56,155 nucleotides of DNA from an uncultured virus (IMG/VR IMGVR_UViG_3300030413_000012) (taxonomy: Duplodnaviria; Heunggongvirae; Uroviricota; Caudoviricetes): IMG/VR virus record IMGVR_UViG_3300030413_000012. The stretch is one strand, 5' to 3'. Below, piece by piece: positions 8,611-18,400 of this stretch. Within the stretch, counting starts at the first letter, position 1; every line of letters starts with the position of its first letter. Under the pieces are notes generated by a model. It searched no databases. It saw nothing but the letters and a program-made list of their open reading frames with translations, and had not been told where the DNA came from. A program made the position numbers and the translations under genes.

Positions 8611-9081
8611 TTATTCTGTCACAAAAGTAAAGGCTGTTTCTGGTTGGTTAGGGTTCATTTGTGTATAAAAATCCTGTTTTAGAGCTTCTTCTCCATACAA
8701 AACTTTTACAAATTTCATGTTTTTGTCAATTGAGCCATCTGTGTATTTTAGTTCCATTCCAAATAAATAACTTTCTTGTTCATATTTTTCAGCAAGCTTT
8801 TTTATAAACTTCTCATCTAATTTTAAAAAATATTTTTCTTCTAAATATGGGTCACTTATAAAAATACTTGGTTCTTTTGCAAGTGTTCCATCCTCATATT
8901 TATATCTTCCAAAAACTTCTGTTACTTTATAGCCAACAGATGTTATATCCTGAACAAGTTCTTTTGTTTTGCTTTCTTCTTCTGGTGTTCCTTTTATTTT
9001 CTGGGTAGAGGCACTCAATATTGCAAAGTTTCCTGTTTCTATTATTTTTTTCATTTCTTCAAATTCCATATTCATCAACAT
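8611..9081 (-). CDS. Hypothetical protein, DUF3293-like (common in viruses)
   Basis: FAILSA...GRYKY...KEPSIFI...LAEKYEQESYL pattern. Confidence 0.6.
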   Translation of the reverse strand: MLMNMEFEEMKKIIETGNFAILSASTQKIKGTPEEESKTKELVQDITSVGYKVTEVFGRYKYEDGTLAKEPSIFISDPYLEEKYFLKLDEKFIKKLAEKYEQESYLFGMELKYTDGSIDKNMKFVKVLYGEEALKQDFYTQMNPNQPETAFTFVTE

Positions 9082-9090
9082 ATTTTTAGT

Positions 9091-9309
9091 TTAATCATAA
9101 TTTTCATTAAAATCATCAAGCTGTATTTCCAAGTCTCTTAAAAATGCATCTGCTTGAGATATATTCAAATTTAGTTGGTCAATAGTTTCAGCAGTAACTG
9201 ATTTTTCAAGGTTCTTGAGCTGTTTTTTAGCATTATAAAGTGCTACTTTAATGTCCATTATCAATTCACTATATTTTGTATCTTTTTCAAATTGTTTCAT
9301 ATTTATCAC
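9091..9309 (-). CDS. Small coiled-coil protein
   Basis: 72 aa with a heptad pattern; co-oriented in an operon. Confidence 0.6.
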   Translation of the reverse strand: MINMKQFEKDTKYSELIMDIKVALYNAKKQLKNLEKSVTAETIDQLNLNISQADAFLRDLEIQLDDFNENYD

Positions 9310-9347
9310 ATTTTTATTACTATATTTAATAAAGTTTTTGATTAAAA

Positions 9348-9557
9348 TTATTTTAGTATTGTTTCACTTGTTGTTATAATTTCATTACACACTGGACAAT
9401 AAAATTCTTCTTTTTCATTGTCTTCAGCACTTCCATCATTATAATCAGACCAGTCTAACTTATTGTTTTCATCAAGGCTAACATCTTGATATATATGAGT
9501 TACTCTATCACATACAACATTGTCTATTTCTTCTTTACAATTTGGGCATTTTGGCAT
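9348..9557 (-). CDS. Small acidic zinc-ribbon protein
   Basis: CPNC...CPVC; GTGAT motif before ATG. Confidence 0.7.
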   Translation of the reverse strand: MPKCPNCKEEIDNVVCDRVTHIYQDVSLDENNKLDWSDYNDGSAEDNEKEEFYCPVCNEIITTSETILK

Positions 9558-9643
9558 GTTATCACATTATTATATATTATTAAATATTTAAATAACTTTC
9601 TGTTTATATTTTTTTTTAATGATTTTCTTTTTTCAAAGCACCA

Positions 9644-10171
9644 TTAACCATATATTACATCTCCAAAAATTGCACACTGCACTAAAGCATCACAATCTGT
9701 TGCATCAATATCACCAGAACTTAATCCTGATGGAAAGTTATAATTTTTATACTCCCCTTTTATAGCTAAATCAATAAGAATATCAATACCCTTTACCAGC
9801 ATTGGAAGGGTAATTGTATGTGTCAAAACTGGTGGCAATCTTGTATCTCTTTCATTATCTTCTTTAAATTCAAAAATCATATGTATAAGCACATCAGTTG
9901 TAAATGCTGTTGTTGGAGAACCCCATGAAAGAAGTAAAACAGCTATTTTATTATTTTTATCAGAATACTGTTTTAGAGAATTTAACCAGTTTGGATTTAA
10001 ATCAAATGGCTCTAAATTAAATTCTTTTAAAAATGTATCAAGAATTTATTGCTGATATAAAAGTATTACTTGCTCAGGAAAAGGATTTTTATTATTGACA
10101 TTATTGTTCATCATTTTTATGAAATACTCTGCTGTCAAAACAGACTTTTCTTTTTCTTCTTGGCTTAACAT
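9644..10171 (-). pseudogene. Decayed or fragmented gene; intact 3' part is ORF 9644..9892
   Basis: ATG at 10171 reads MLSQEEKEKSVL...LLYQQ*ILDTFLKEL (in-frame TAA). A shifted frame then runs LEPFDLNPNW... into ORF 9644..9892, which ends DIDATDCDALVQCAIFGDVIYG. Confidence 0.45.
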
Positions 10172-10235
10172 TTTAATACACCTTTATAATATATTGAATA
10201 TTTAAATTTATGCATTTATATTTAAACATTTTAAA

Positions 10236-10544
10236 GTGCCTAGAGTTATACTAAAGCAAAATTACTATACCAGCCCTGGTTCACCACAAAGAGTGATTGT
10301 CAAAATATTTGATAAAAATAACAAGGAAGATGAAAAATGGTATAAGTTTAAAACAAAGTCTGAATCCACAAAATTTTTTAATGAAATAAAAGCAAATTAT
10401 CTTTCAGAAGGATATACTCTCATGCAAAAAACAGTGCTTACTGAAAACATAACCAATTATCATATTATAAAAACAGGAAAACTTGATAAACAATTAAATA
10501 AAAATAGGACAATAGAGTCTATAAAAATATTAAAAAAACTATAA
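10236..10544 (+). CDS. Hypothetical basic protein
   Basis: 102-aa ORF, GTG start, upstream TATA-like box. Confidence 0.55.
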   Translation: MPRVILKQNYYTSPGSPQRVIVKIFDKNNKEDEKWYKFKTKSESTKFFNEIKANYLSEGYTLMQKTVLTENITNYHIIKTGKLDKQLNKNRTIESIKILKKL

Positions 10545-10598
10545 GCTTATATTAAGAAAAAGAATAGTTTTAAATATATTGTTGTTTATACCTAATGT

Positions 10599-10925
10599 GT
10601 GAAAAGAATGAGAGAAATAATTACTTCAAAGGAATTAGATAAAAAGTATGTTGAAGGTTTTAAAACTGGAAAGATTTTTAAAACATCAAAAGATTTTGTT
10701 GGAGAAATTATTAGGTTTCAAGTTGCTGATGGGTATAGTTATTATAAAGTTGTGAAAATTTCTAAAAAGACAGCAACACTTGAACATGTAACAAGCAGTG
10801 ATTATGATAATTACATAGAGCCAGTTCTTGGGTTTAAGGGAACAGTGCCTGTTTCAAAACTTAATGAAATAATTGGTCAAAAATATATAATACTAAATCT
10901 ATTTGGTAAACAAAATAAAAAATAA
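10599..10925 (+). CDS. Hypothetical protein (virus-like)
   Basis: 108 aa, FQVADGYSYYKV motif; TTTAAATA at 10569-10576 begins 30 nt before the start. Confidence 0.65.
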   Translation: MKRMREIITSKELDKKYVEGFKTGKIFKTSKDFVGEIIRFQVADGYSYYKVVKISKKTATLEHVTSSDYDNYIEPVLGFKGTVPVSKLNEIIGQKYIILNLFGKQNKK

Positions 10926-10936
10926 TTTATTTTTAT

Positions 10937-11287
10937 TCAATATTCACTCATCAAACAAAGTGTATTGTTCTGAAAGAACATTTTAATATTTCTTTTAGCT
11001 GTTGTAAATGTATAATTTTGTTTATAAAAAACAGTATCATTACCATCAGTAATACTAAGAGTTCCAGTTTCTGGTTTTTTGCCAAGTTCAAATTTTATTG
11101 AAAGAAAATCTTCTTTCATTAGTTTTTCATCACTTGTTATTACAGCAATGGTGTCAGTTACAAGCCAAGAATAGCCATTATCCATTATATATTTTACACC
11201 ATCTGTTATTTTTGAGCCAAGAACAGAATAATAATGCTCTGTTCCTGTATAGTTATCCAATTTTTCTAATTCTAAATCATCTGCCAT
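10937..11287 (-). CDS. DUF6876-like protein
   Basis: YTGTEHYY...TDGVKY...YSWLV...ITDGND...QNYTFT...LCLMSEY matches my recollection of this mobile-element family. Confidence 0.7.
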   Translation of the reverse strand: MADDLELEKLDNYTGTEHYYSVLGSKITDGVKYIMDNGYSWLVTDTIAVITSDEKLMKEDFLSIKFELGKKPETGTLSITDGNDTVFYKQNYTFTTAKRNIKMFFQNNTLCLMSEY

Positions 11288-11368
11288 TTTGTCATCTCTT
11301 TTTATGTATAAAATCTCTACTTATAAACCAAACCTGAAAAGACCAAACCTCATTACATTCAAAATCTC

Positions 11369-11512
11369 TTAGTCCCATGCCAGCATTCCCCTTCCTCTAT
11401 TTATAACTTCAGGTAGTTCAGCAAAATAGGTTTCAACAAAATTCAAATCTTGTCCTTCATTTTGAGGTGTTATATAATAATATCTCTTTTTACTTTTATT
11501 TGATGATTTCAT
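11369..11512 (-). CDS. Small hypothetical protein (47 aa, not in the ORF track)
   Basis: MKSSNKSKKRYYYITPQNEGQDLNFVETYFAELPEVINRGRGMLAWD; GGTGG motif before ATG; possibly frameshifted at the 3' end. Confidence 0.4.
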   Translation of the reverse strand: MKSSNKSKKRYYYITPQNEGQDLNFVETYFAELPEVINRGRGMLAWD

Positions 11513-11780
11513 TTCCACCACTTGTTAAATAGTTTATACTTCTTTTTTTTCTCCCATTTAGGAAAGCAATTGCATCCTCTTCATTATTGAAAAGCTCTTC
11601 ATAACAGTCAGGACACAACCAAAAATTATAATCACCATCATAAGTAAAGTCAATTGTTTTATATTTACCATCTGGATACATTTCATAATCTTCTGTTCCT
11701 GATTGTCTATTTATCAAATAATATATTTCATCTCCACATTCTGGACATTTTATTATTTTCTTTTCTTTCTTGTTTGACAT
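11496..11780 (-). CDS. Zinc-ribbon protein
   Basis: CPECG...CPDC; AGGTGA ribosome-binding motif; resembles 9348..9557. Confidence 0.7.
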   Translation of the reverse strand: MSNKKEKKIIKCPECGDEIYYLINRQSGTEDYEMYPDGKYKTIDFTYDGDYNFWLCPDCYEELFNNEEDAIAFLNGRKKRSINYLTSGGNEIIK

Positions 11781-12018
11781 TTATTCACCTAATACTATAA
11801 TAGTTCATATTGTTTAAAAACATTTCTGTTTTGTTAAACAATTTATTCATAAATATTAATTTATGCATTTATAATTAGAGTCTAGGAATAGGCACAGTTT
11901 CAGGCACAAGGGTGCCATCATTAACCAACAACAAGTAATGGCATCAGACATTTGTCTGCATTTTTTACTTATTAATTATATAGGTGTAACAATAAATATT
12001 TAAATCTTTGCTTTTTTA

Positions 12019-12654
12019 TTAAAATCTAAATGTCCAGTATCCAAGATTTTCACCAGCCTCAAGAACCCTTTTTACAATACTTGGATTAAATCTAAATCTT
12101 AATTCTTCTATTCTGATGCCTCTATTGGTGTTTGCTTTCATAAACTTTATTATGTCTTGCACCTCCCTATTATAATCAACATTAAATCCCATACTATCTG
12201 TTAGTTTTTTAATGTTATTTACATTTTCAAATAATATTTTTACTTGAGCAGAAAGAGATTCAATCATTGATTTTTCAGCAGTTAAAAAGGTTTTCATATC
12301 AGATGCTTCTCCTGATATTGTTGTAGTATAATTTGAAAGTGCTTCTGTTATACTTTCTAAATTGAGTTCTTTTATAATTGATTTAGTTATTATATCCTTA
12401 TTTTCAGTTAATATTTTTACTGCTGAATTTACTTTATCTATAACATCTTGATTTCTTACCATATTTTCTTTATCAACATTATTTCCAATAGAAAGCAGTT
12501 GATTAATTTCAATACCCTGCTTTATTTGCTGATTCATTAATTCTTCAGCTTTTTTCATTGCAAGGTCCACTTTAAAACTATAATCATTTATTGTATTAGC
12601 TAGCCTTTCTATTTTATTGTTCAAATCATCTAATGTTTGTTTATCAATAGCCAC
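12019..12654 (-). CDS. Coiled-coil protein at the distal end of the transfer operon
   Basis: Heptad-rich 211 aa with a short HTH-like C-terminus. Confidence 0.7.
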   Translation of the reverse strand: MAIDKQTLDDLNNKIERLANTINDYSFKVDLAMKKAEELMNQQIKQGIEINQLLSIGNNVDKENMVRNQDVIDKVNSAVKILTENKDIITKSIIKELNLESITEALSNYTTTISGEASDMKTFLTAEKSMIESLSAQVKILFENVNNIKKLTDSMGFNVDYNREVQDIIKFMKANTNRGIRIEELRFRFNPSIVKRVLEAGENLGYWTFRF

Positions 12655-12658
12655 AGTT

Positions 12659-12829
12659 TCACTTATTTATTATTTGATTATATATTAGTTCTTCTTTATC
12701 ATTTTTAAATTTTTTTGTAAAGAGTATGTTCATGCTGGCTTTTTTGAGTCTGTAAAATATAGCTACACCTGTTGCTGTTACAAATACAGCAAATGAAGCT
12801 ATTACTAAATAAATTATTGGTAGAACCAT
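12659..12829 (-). CDS. Small single-pass membrane protein (56 aa, not in the ORF track)
   Basis: MVLPIIYLVIASFAVFVTATGVAIFYRLKKASMNILFTKKFKNDKEELIYNQIINK; fills the gap between co-oriented genes. Confidence 0.6.
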   Translation of the reverse strand: MVLPIIYLVIASFAVFVTATGVAIFYRLKKASMNILFTKKFKNDKEELIYNQIINK

Positions 12830-12867
12830 ACTATTACTTTTATTATCTTTGCATAATTCCTTAAAAT

Positions 12868-13914
12868 TTAGATAAGAGCCAACATTGAATATATTATAAT
12901 AACTACAACATATAAAAGGATTAAAGTATAATAGGATTTTGTTATTGATTCTCCCTCTTTTTCACTATAATAATAACTTATAAGTATCAAAACAGTGGAT
13001 GCTATTACAGTAGAGCCAAACCATAATGTAAAATCAAGTGGTGTTGGCATCATTTGTGCTGCTGTTAAACCCTGCAAAGATGTTTGTGACCCACTCCCCA
13101 TTGAACTCATAAATATTCCAATAAAAACTGTTGGAAATCCTATCATCATGCCTATTGCCAAATAACTTATAAATGTTCCTGATTGCATTTTTTGGGCATA
13201 TCTTCTTTTTCCTTCACTTGCTATACTTATAGCACTTTTTAATGCTTCTCTTAATGAAGAGTCATTTGAATCTAAAGTATTTATTATGAATTCTCTAAAT
13301 TTTACCAATTCAAAATATTGATTTCTTGGTAACTCAAGAAGTCTTTTTAATGCAGTTGTGCTGTGTTCTATTTTCATTCTATTTCCTAATGGTATCAAAA
13401 ATTCATCAACAAATATTTTGGGATACCTTTTTAATAATTCTGGACTTATTAAAAGTTCATCAACAAAAGCTTTGAAACTAACATCTTGAGCCTGTCCTAT
13501 ATAATCATCCATAAAAATAAAGAAACCATCAACTATTTCTCTTTTTCTTTCTAATATATAATAAAGACCAGGTTTTATGAAAGTAAATGCCATGATAATT
13601 CCACTAAAAATCCAAAACCAGGGTTGTGTAAGAATTGGTATTTTAGAGGTTAATAATAGGTTTGTTCCAATAAACAATATTACTGTAACAACTATTACTT
13701 GTAATAATATTTTTCTTGTTTTCTTTTTATAATAATCAACAAATGAACTATAAATTGTTTGTTTTTCTTCTTTATGTTTTTTCTTTTTTTCTTGGTTTGA
13801 ATCTGGTATATAATTATTTGGTGTTTCTTCTTTTTTGAGTTCTATTGCTGAGTATGGCTCAGTATAAAAAGATATAAACTTTTTTAATAACTCTTTTATG
13901 TTCATAAACATCAT
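12868..13914 (-). CDS. TadC/GspF-like pilus assembly platform membrane protein
   Basis: Topology 2 TM - cytoplasmic helical domain - 3 TM; tandem with a similarly built gene; cognate ATPase and pilins in the window. Confidence 0.55.
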   Translation of the reverse strand: MMFMNIKELLKKFISFYTEPYSAIELKKEETPNNYIPDSNQEKKKKHKEEKQTIYSSFVDYYKKKTRKILLQVIVVTVILFIGTNLLLTSKIPILTQPWFWIFSGIIMAFTFIKPGLYYILERKREIVDGFFIFMDDYIGQAQDVSFKAFVDELLISPELLKRYPKIFVDEFLIPLGNRMKIEHSTTALKRLLELPRNQYFELVKFREFIINTLDSNDSSLREALKSAISIASEGKRRYAQKMQSGTFISYLAIGMMIGFPTVFIGIFMSSMGSGSQTSLQGLTAAQMMPTPLDFTLWFGSTVIASTVLILISYYYSEKEGESITKSYYTLILLYVVVIIIYSMLALI

Positions 13915-14903
13915 CAGCTAAACATTGATTGACTGTCTTTTTTAAATTTTAATGCTAATATAATAACTATTACTGGAATTATTAAAAATCCAAACCACAT
14001 TGGGGGAAGTGAAGTTATAAGTTGAAATATTGAAAGCACACTTGTTAAAGATGTTACTGAACCAGCAGAAGCTGCTGCTGTGCTAAGTATTGAATGATAA
14101 ATCAATATAAATATAACTTGTAAATATGAAAAAAGACCAATAAATAATCCAGCTAATCCTGAAAACATTATCATCATAACAGTTGTTGTTTGTTTTATAC
14201 TTGCCCTCTCATTTATAGTATTTTTTATTGTATCTACATTTTCAATTTGTTGCATTTTAAAAAATTCTTCAAAATCTCTGTTTTTAAGTTTTTCAGCAAC
14301 ACCTTTAAAAAATTGTGACAAATCAAAGTGGTTACTAAAAAGTTCTGCAAGGGTGTTAAATTTTTCATAAAAAGCTGGCTTTGTATCTGCTTTTAAAGCT
14401 ATAAATAACATATATTCTTCTGGAAGAGTTTTTTTCATAAAAGTTGGATTTGCTATAAAAAATGGATTATTGTAAAGTTTTATATTATAATAAAGCTGTC
14501 TTAAAATATCATATCTGCTATTAAATATTACTTTTTCTACTGATTTTATTTTATTATAAATGGTATATTTAATTACATTGTATGGTGCAAAATAAAGGAA
14601 GGCACCAATGGCTATCATAGCCATAGCACAAATTAATCCAAGTAGTAATGCACCTAATAGAACTATAAAAACAATACCAAATATTATTCCAAGAAAAAAA
14701 GTAATTATTCCAAAAAATTTGAGTTTATATGAACTTTTTATAAAATCAATCATGTTGTTTGTATAAATAAAATTTATATACTTTTTTAATTCTGTATTTT
14801 CTTCTTTTTCAAAATAACTCATAAGTTTAACAGCAAATTGTTTCTGTTCTTTTGAAAAAACAATTTCTTTTTCTATATGAGGTTTCTTTTTACCAAACAT
14901 CAT
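13914..14903 (-). CDS. TadB/TadC-like pilus assembly platform membrane protein
   Basis: Topology 2 TM - cytoplasmic domain - C-terminal TMs; stop/start overlap with the downstream gene at 13914. Confidence 0.55.
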   Translation of the reverse strand: MMFGKKKPHIEKEIVFSKEQKQFAVKLMSYFEKEENTELKKYINFIYTNNMIDFIKSSYKLKFFGIITFFLGIIFGIVFIVLLGALLLGLICAMAMIAIGAFLYFAPYNVIKYTIYNKIKSVEKVIFNSRYDILRQLYYNIKLYNNPFFIANPTFMKKTLPEEYMLFIALKADTKPAFYEKFNTLAELFSNHFDLSQFFKGVAEKLKNRDFEEFFKMQQIENVDTIKNTINERASIKQTTTVMMIMFSGLAGLFIGLFSYLQVIFILIYHSILSTAAASAGSVTSLTSVLSIFQLITSLPPMWFGFLIIPVIVIILALKFKKDSQSMFS

Positions 14904-14941
14904 TATTTCTTTTTATCTCCAACTTAAAATTTTAATAATTA

Positions 14942-15430
14942 TTATTCATTAAGTTTATCTGCAAAATTAGATAGTGCATCAAATAAACCTGTCTTAGTTA
15001 TGGTGATTTTGGTATTTTTAAAAGATATAGAAATTACTATAAAAGTATAGTCTTTTATATAATAGTTAATAATGGCAATTTCTGTTCCAATTTTTATGAA
15101 AGAAGTTGTGACTTTTTTGTTGGCAATGGTTATAAATCTTTCAAAATCAATAAATTTTATTTCTGAATTTTGTGTATTATTAAATACACTATCCCTTTCT
15201 GATATAAAACTATCAAAAATAGTGTCTTCTTTTATAATAGTAGTTGTTTTATAATTAGACATTAAATATTGGTATGCTTCATTAAGCTGCTTGCTTATTT
15301 CTTCACCATCTTTATTTATATCTGGATGATATTTTTTTATTTGTTTTAGATAAGCATCTCTAATTTGTTTTTTAGTTGCTGTTTTATTAATGCCAAGCTG
15401 TTTATAATAATCAGTCAAATATATCATCAT
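14942..15430 (-). CDS. J-domain (DnaJ-like) co-chaperone
   Basis: DYYKQLGI...AYLKQIKKYHPDINK...LNEAYQYL with intact HPD; no G/F region or zinc finger. Confidence 0.9.
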   Translation of the reverse strand: MMIYLTDYYKQLGINKTATKKQIRDAYLKQIKKYHPDINKDGEEISKQLNEAYQYLMSNYKTTTIIKEDTIFDSFISERDSVFNNTQNSEIKFIDFERFITIANKKVTTSFIKIGTEIAIINYYIKDYTFIVISISFKNTKITITKTGLFDALSNFADKLNE

Positions 15431-18400
15431 CTTGGGTTATATCATCATCTGGTGTTGGTTTATTTTCTTTTGGTGCAGTATCATCATTTTGGTTTTCCTG
15501 TTTAGAGACTGATGGGTTAAAAGATGCTTTTTTATTTTTTAGTGGTCCTATACTTTTTTTGGGGTTTGAATTTAGTCTTACAGAGGTTCTTCTTTCACTT
15601 TTAACTGGAAGTTTAGGTGTTACTTTATTGAATTCAGCAACTCTGGTCTTAAAGTCCTGTATTGCTTTTATGTTATGTGCCAATTCTTCTTTTTCAACAG
15701 CAATACCATTTTCCAATATTGCTGATAAATTATATTGTCTATTTTCTTTCATCTTTGTTGTAATATTGTCAAGACTCTGCAACAGTGTAACAGCAAATAC
15801 ATTTCCATTTTCTCCAAGCATCTCTATTTTGTTTAACATGCTAGTTATTTCTTCTTTATTTGAATAAGGCATGTCCTTTATTCTTTCATATATTTCATGC
15901 TTTTCTTTGTTTATTTCAACATCATTACTATCTTTATTTAGTATTTCTTTAATATTTCTTTGCAATAATACTGCAAATTTATTAGTTTCATTTGATAATG
16001 TTTTATCATATTTTGTTTCTATACCATTTATTATAGCATTAACCATTTTATTAACTTTTGTTTCTTGTGCCATTTGTATATAGTCTTCAATATTTTCTTT
16101 TAGAACACTATTAATTGTTTTATTTAATGCTTCTGAGTTAGTGCTGTCTGTATTAACAGATGCAATATTTTCTACAATATCCTGAATGTCTTCTTGTGGA
16201 ATAATTGGACTTAATGCTGTTTTTATGTTCTTTTTTATATTTTCAGCCATGTTTGTATATGAATTTTTATCTGACATTAATGTTGCAATTTGTGTTTGCA
16301 AATCATTTCTTGCAGTAATATTAGATTCTTTAAGGTATTTTGTTTGTAATTCTTTTAAGTCTTCATTTATTGTTGTTAACTTATTCTTTGTAGAATATAA
16401 ATCAGAAACATATGTATTAAGGTTTGCTTTAGCTATAAATCTTTCAAATTCAGAATCTATTGCTTCTGTTGTTTTCTTTTGTATTGCTGCATTTATAATG
16501 GCTGCTTTTCCCTGCAAAATGTTTTTATATTCATCAGTGTTTATTGGTTTGTTTTGTGATAGTAACATTTTAAGTTCTCTTGTTTTCTTTAATTTTTCTA
16601 CAAGATTATCATAATTATTAATATAGGTTTTAATTTCATTATTTTTATTATCAGAAGCTAATTCTTCTATTTTATTATTTAAATCATTTGCAATATTTAG
16701 TCTTAACATTTCATCATTTACTTCTGCATCATTTAATTCAATATTTGCAGTATCAAGAAAGTTGTCTATTGCAATTTTTTGCAGTTTAAATACATTGTTG
16801 TCTTTTTGCAATTTTGCAAGTTTTTCTTTGTTTCTTGTTATTTGGTCATCTAAATATGCTTTTATACTTGCATCTTTTGTTGCTGCTAATTTTTTATTAT
16901 ATTCATCAATTTGTTTATAAATATTAGTTGCTTCTTTTGTAATGGTTGATTCTTGATTTTCAATAAAACTTCTTCTAAATTTATATTGTTTTACAACATC
17001 ATCTGTTGACATTACATTAAATTCAACAACAGCATCCATTAGTCCACTTAAAACTGGTATTTTACTATAAATGGTCACTGCTTTATTGTTTGAAAGTATT
17101 TCCATTTTTTTCTTTTTAATATCAGTTTTTAATATTTCTACTTTTTCTTGTATTTTCATTTTTTCATTTTCTGGAAGATTTTCTTTTAATAGTTCTTCTT
17201 GATATTTGTTTATTTCTACAGATGCCTTTGCAAGTTCAGATGAGAGCAAACTGTTATCTTTTCCTATCCTTTCCAAAATTGTATCTGTTGAACCTGTGCT
17301 AACTTGATACCAGGTTTCATTTACCATTTTCTTTATTGCATCTATGTTTGTTTTTAATGTCTGGTTTATTGGGTTTGTAATCATTGTTTTTAAATTTTCA
17401 TGTATTGACCCACCTATAATATTTGGTATTTCAATCATGCTTGATAAAACTGGGTTGGTCATACTTGTTATTGAATTTGAAATAAGGTCTCCTATTTGTT
17501 TTGATGTTCCATTCAAATTTGCAAATAAAGTTTTTTGTAATGCTTCTATTGAGTCTGGATTTGTTTTTATAAATGACATTACATTATCAACTTTTTTGCC
17601 ATCCAGTCCAAATTGTTTTAACAATGATTCTGTTTGTATAAATGCTGTTTGTTTTTCTTCTTCTGAAGCTGAAGATTTTATTTTTGTAAATATATCTGAA
17701 AGTCTTACTGATGATAATGATTTTCCATTTGTTACTAAATCATTTATGTTTTTGAAACCATACTGTTCTGCTTCATTATTTAATACAGATAATATATTTT
17801 TAAGATTTGATTGTGTTGTTTCTTTTTCAGCTTGTGGCATTTTTGTTTTATCAAGTTGTTCTGTTGTAGTATTAACACTGGTTAACATCTTATTAAGATT
17901 TGCAATCATTTCTCCTGGTGTTTTTGAACCAGTAACAGTTGTTAATTGTTTTTCCATTCCAGGTAATTTTTCTTGAATATTATTAAGACTAGATGATAGA
18001 CTTTCTGTTCTTTCTTTTATAACAGTTGCAGTTTTTATGTTTTTATCATTTTCTATTTCAAGTAATGCTTTACTTTTTTCAGTGCTTTTCATTTTACTAT
18101 TTTGTATAACTTTAGCATCATATTTATATTTTCTGTTTATATTTGAAAGTTCAGTATTCATTGCTAAAAATGATTTTTCATCAGAAGTATAGGTTTTAAT
18201 AGCATTAACAACATCAGTTGCCTGATATTTATTTCTATCTTTCATTAAATCTGGATTTTTTATATATACCTCCATCATTCTTTGTCTTAATGTTTCACCA
18301 GTATCAATATTTGATTTAAAATCAAAATCATCTTTTCCAAATGCTTTTTCAAATATACTATCAAGTTTACCTGGTGCCTGTTTTCTTCTTAAATTTATGC

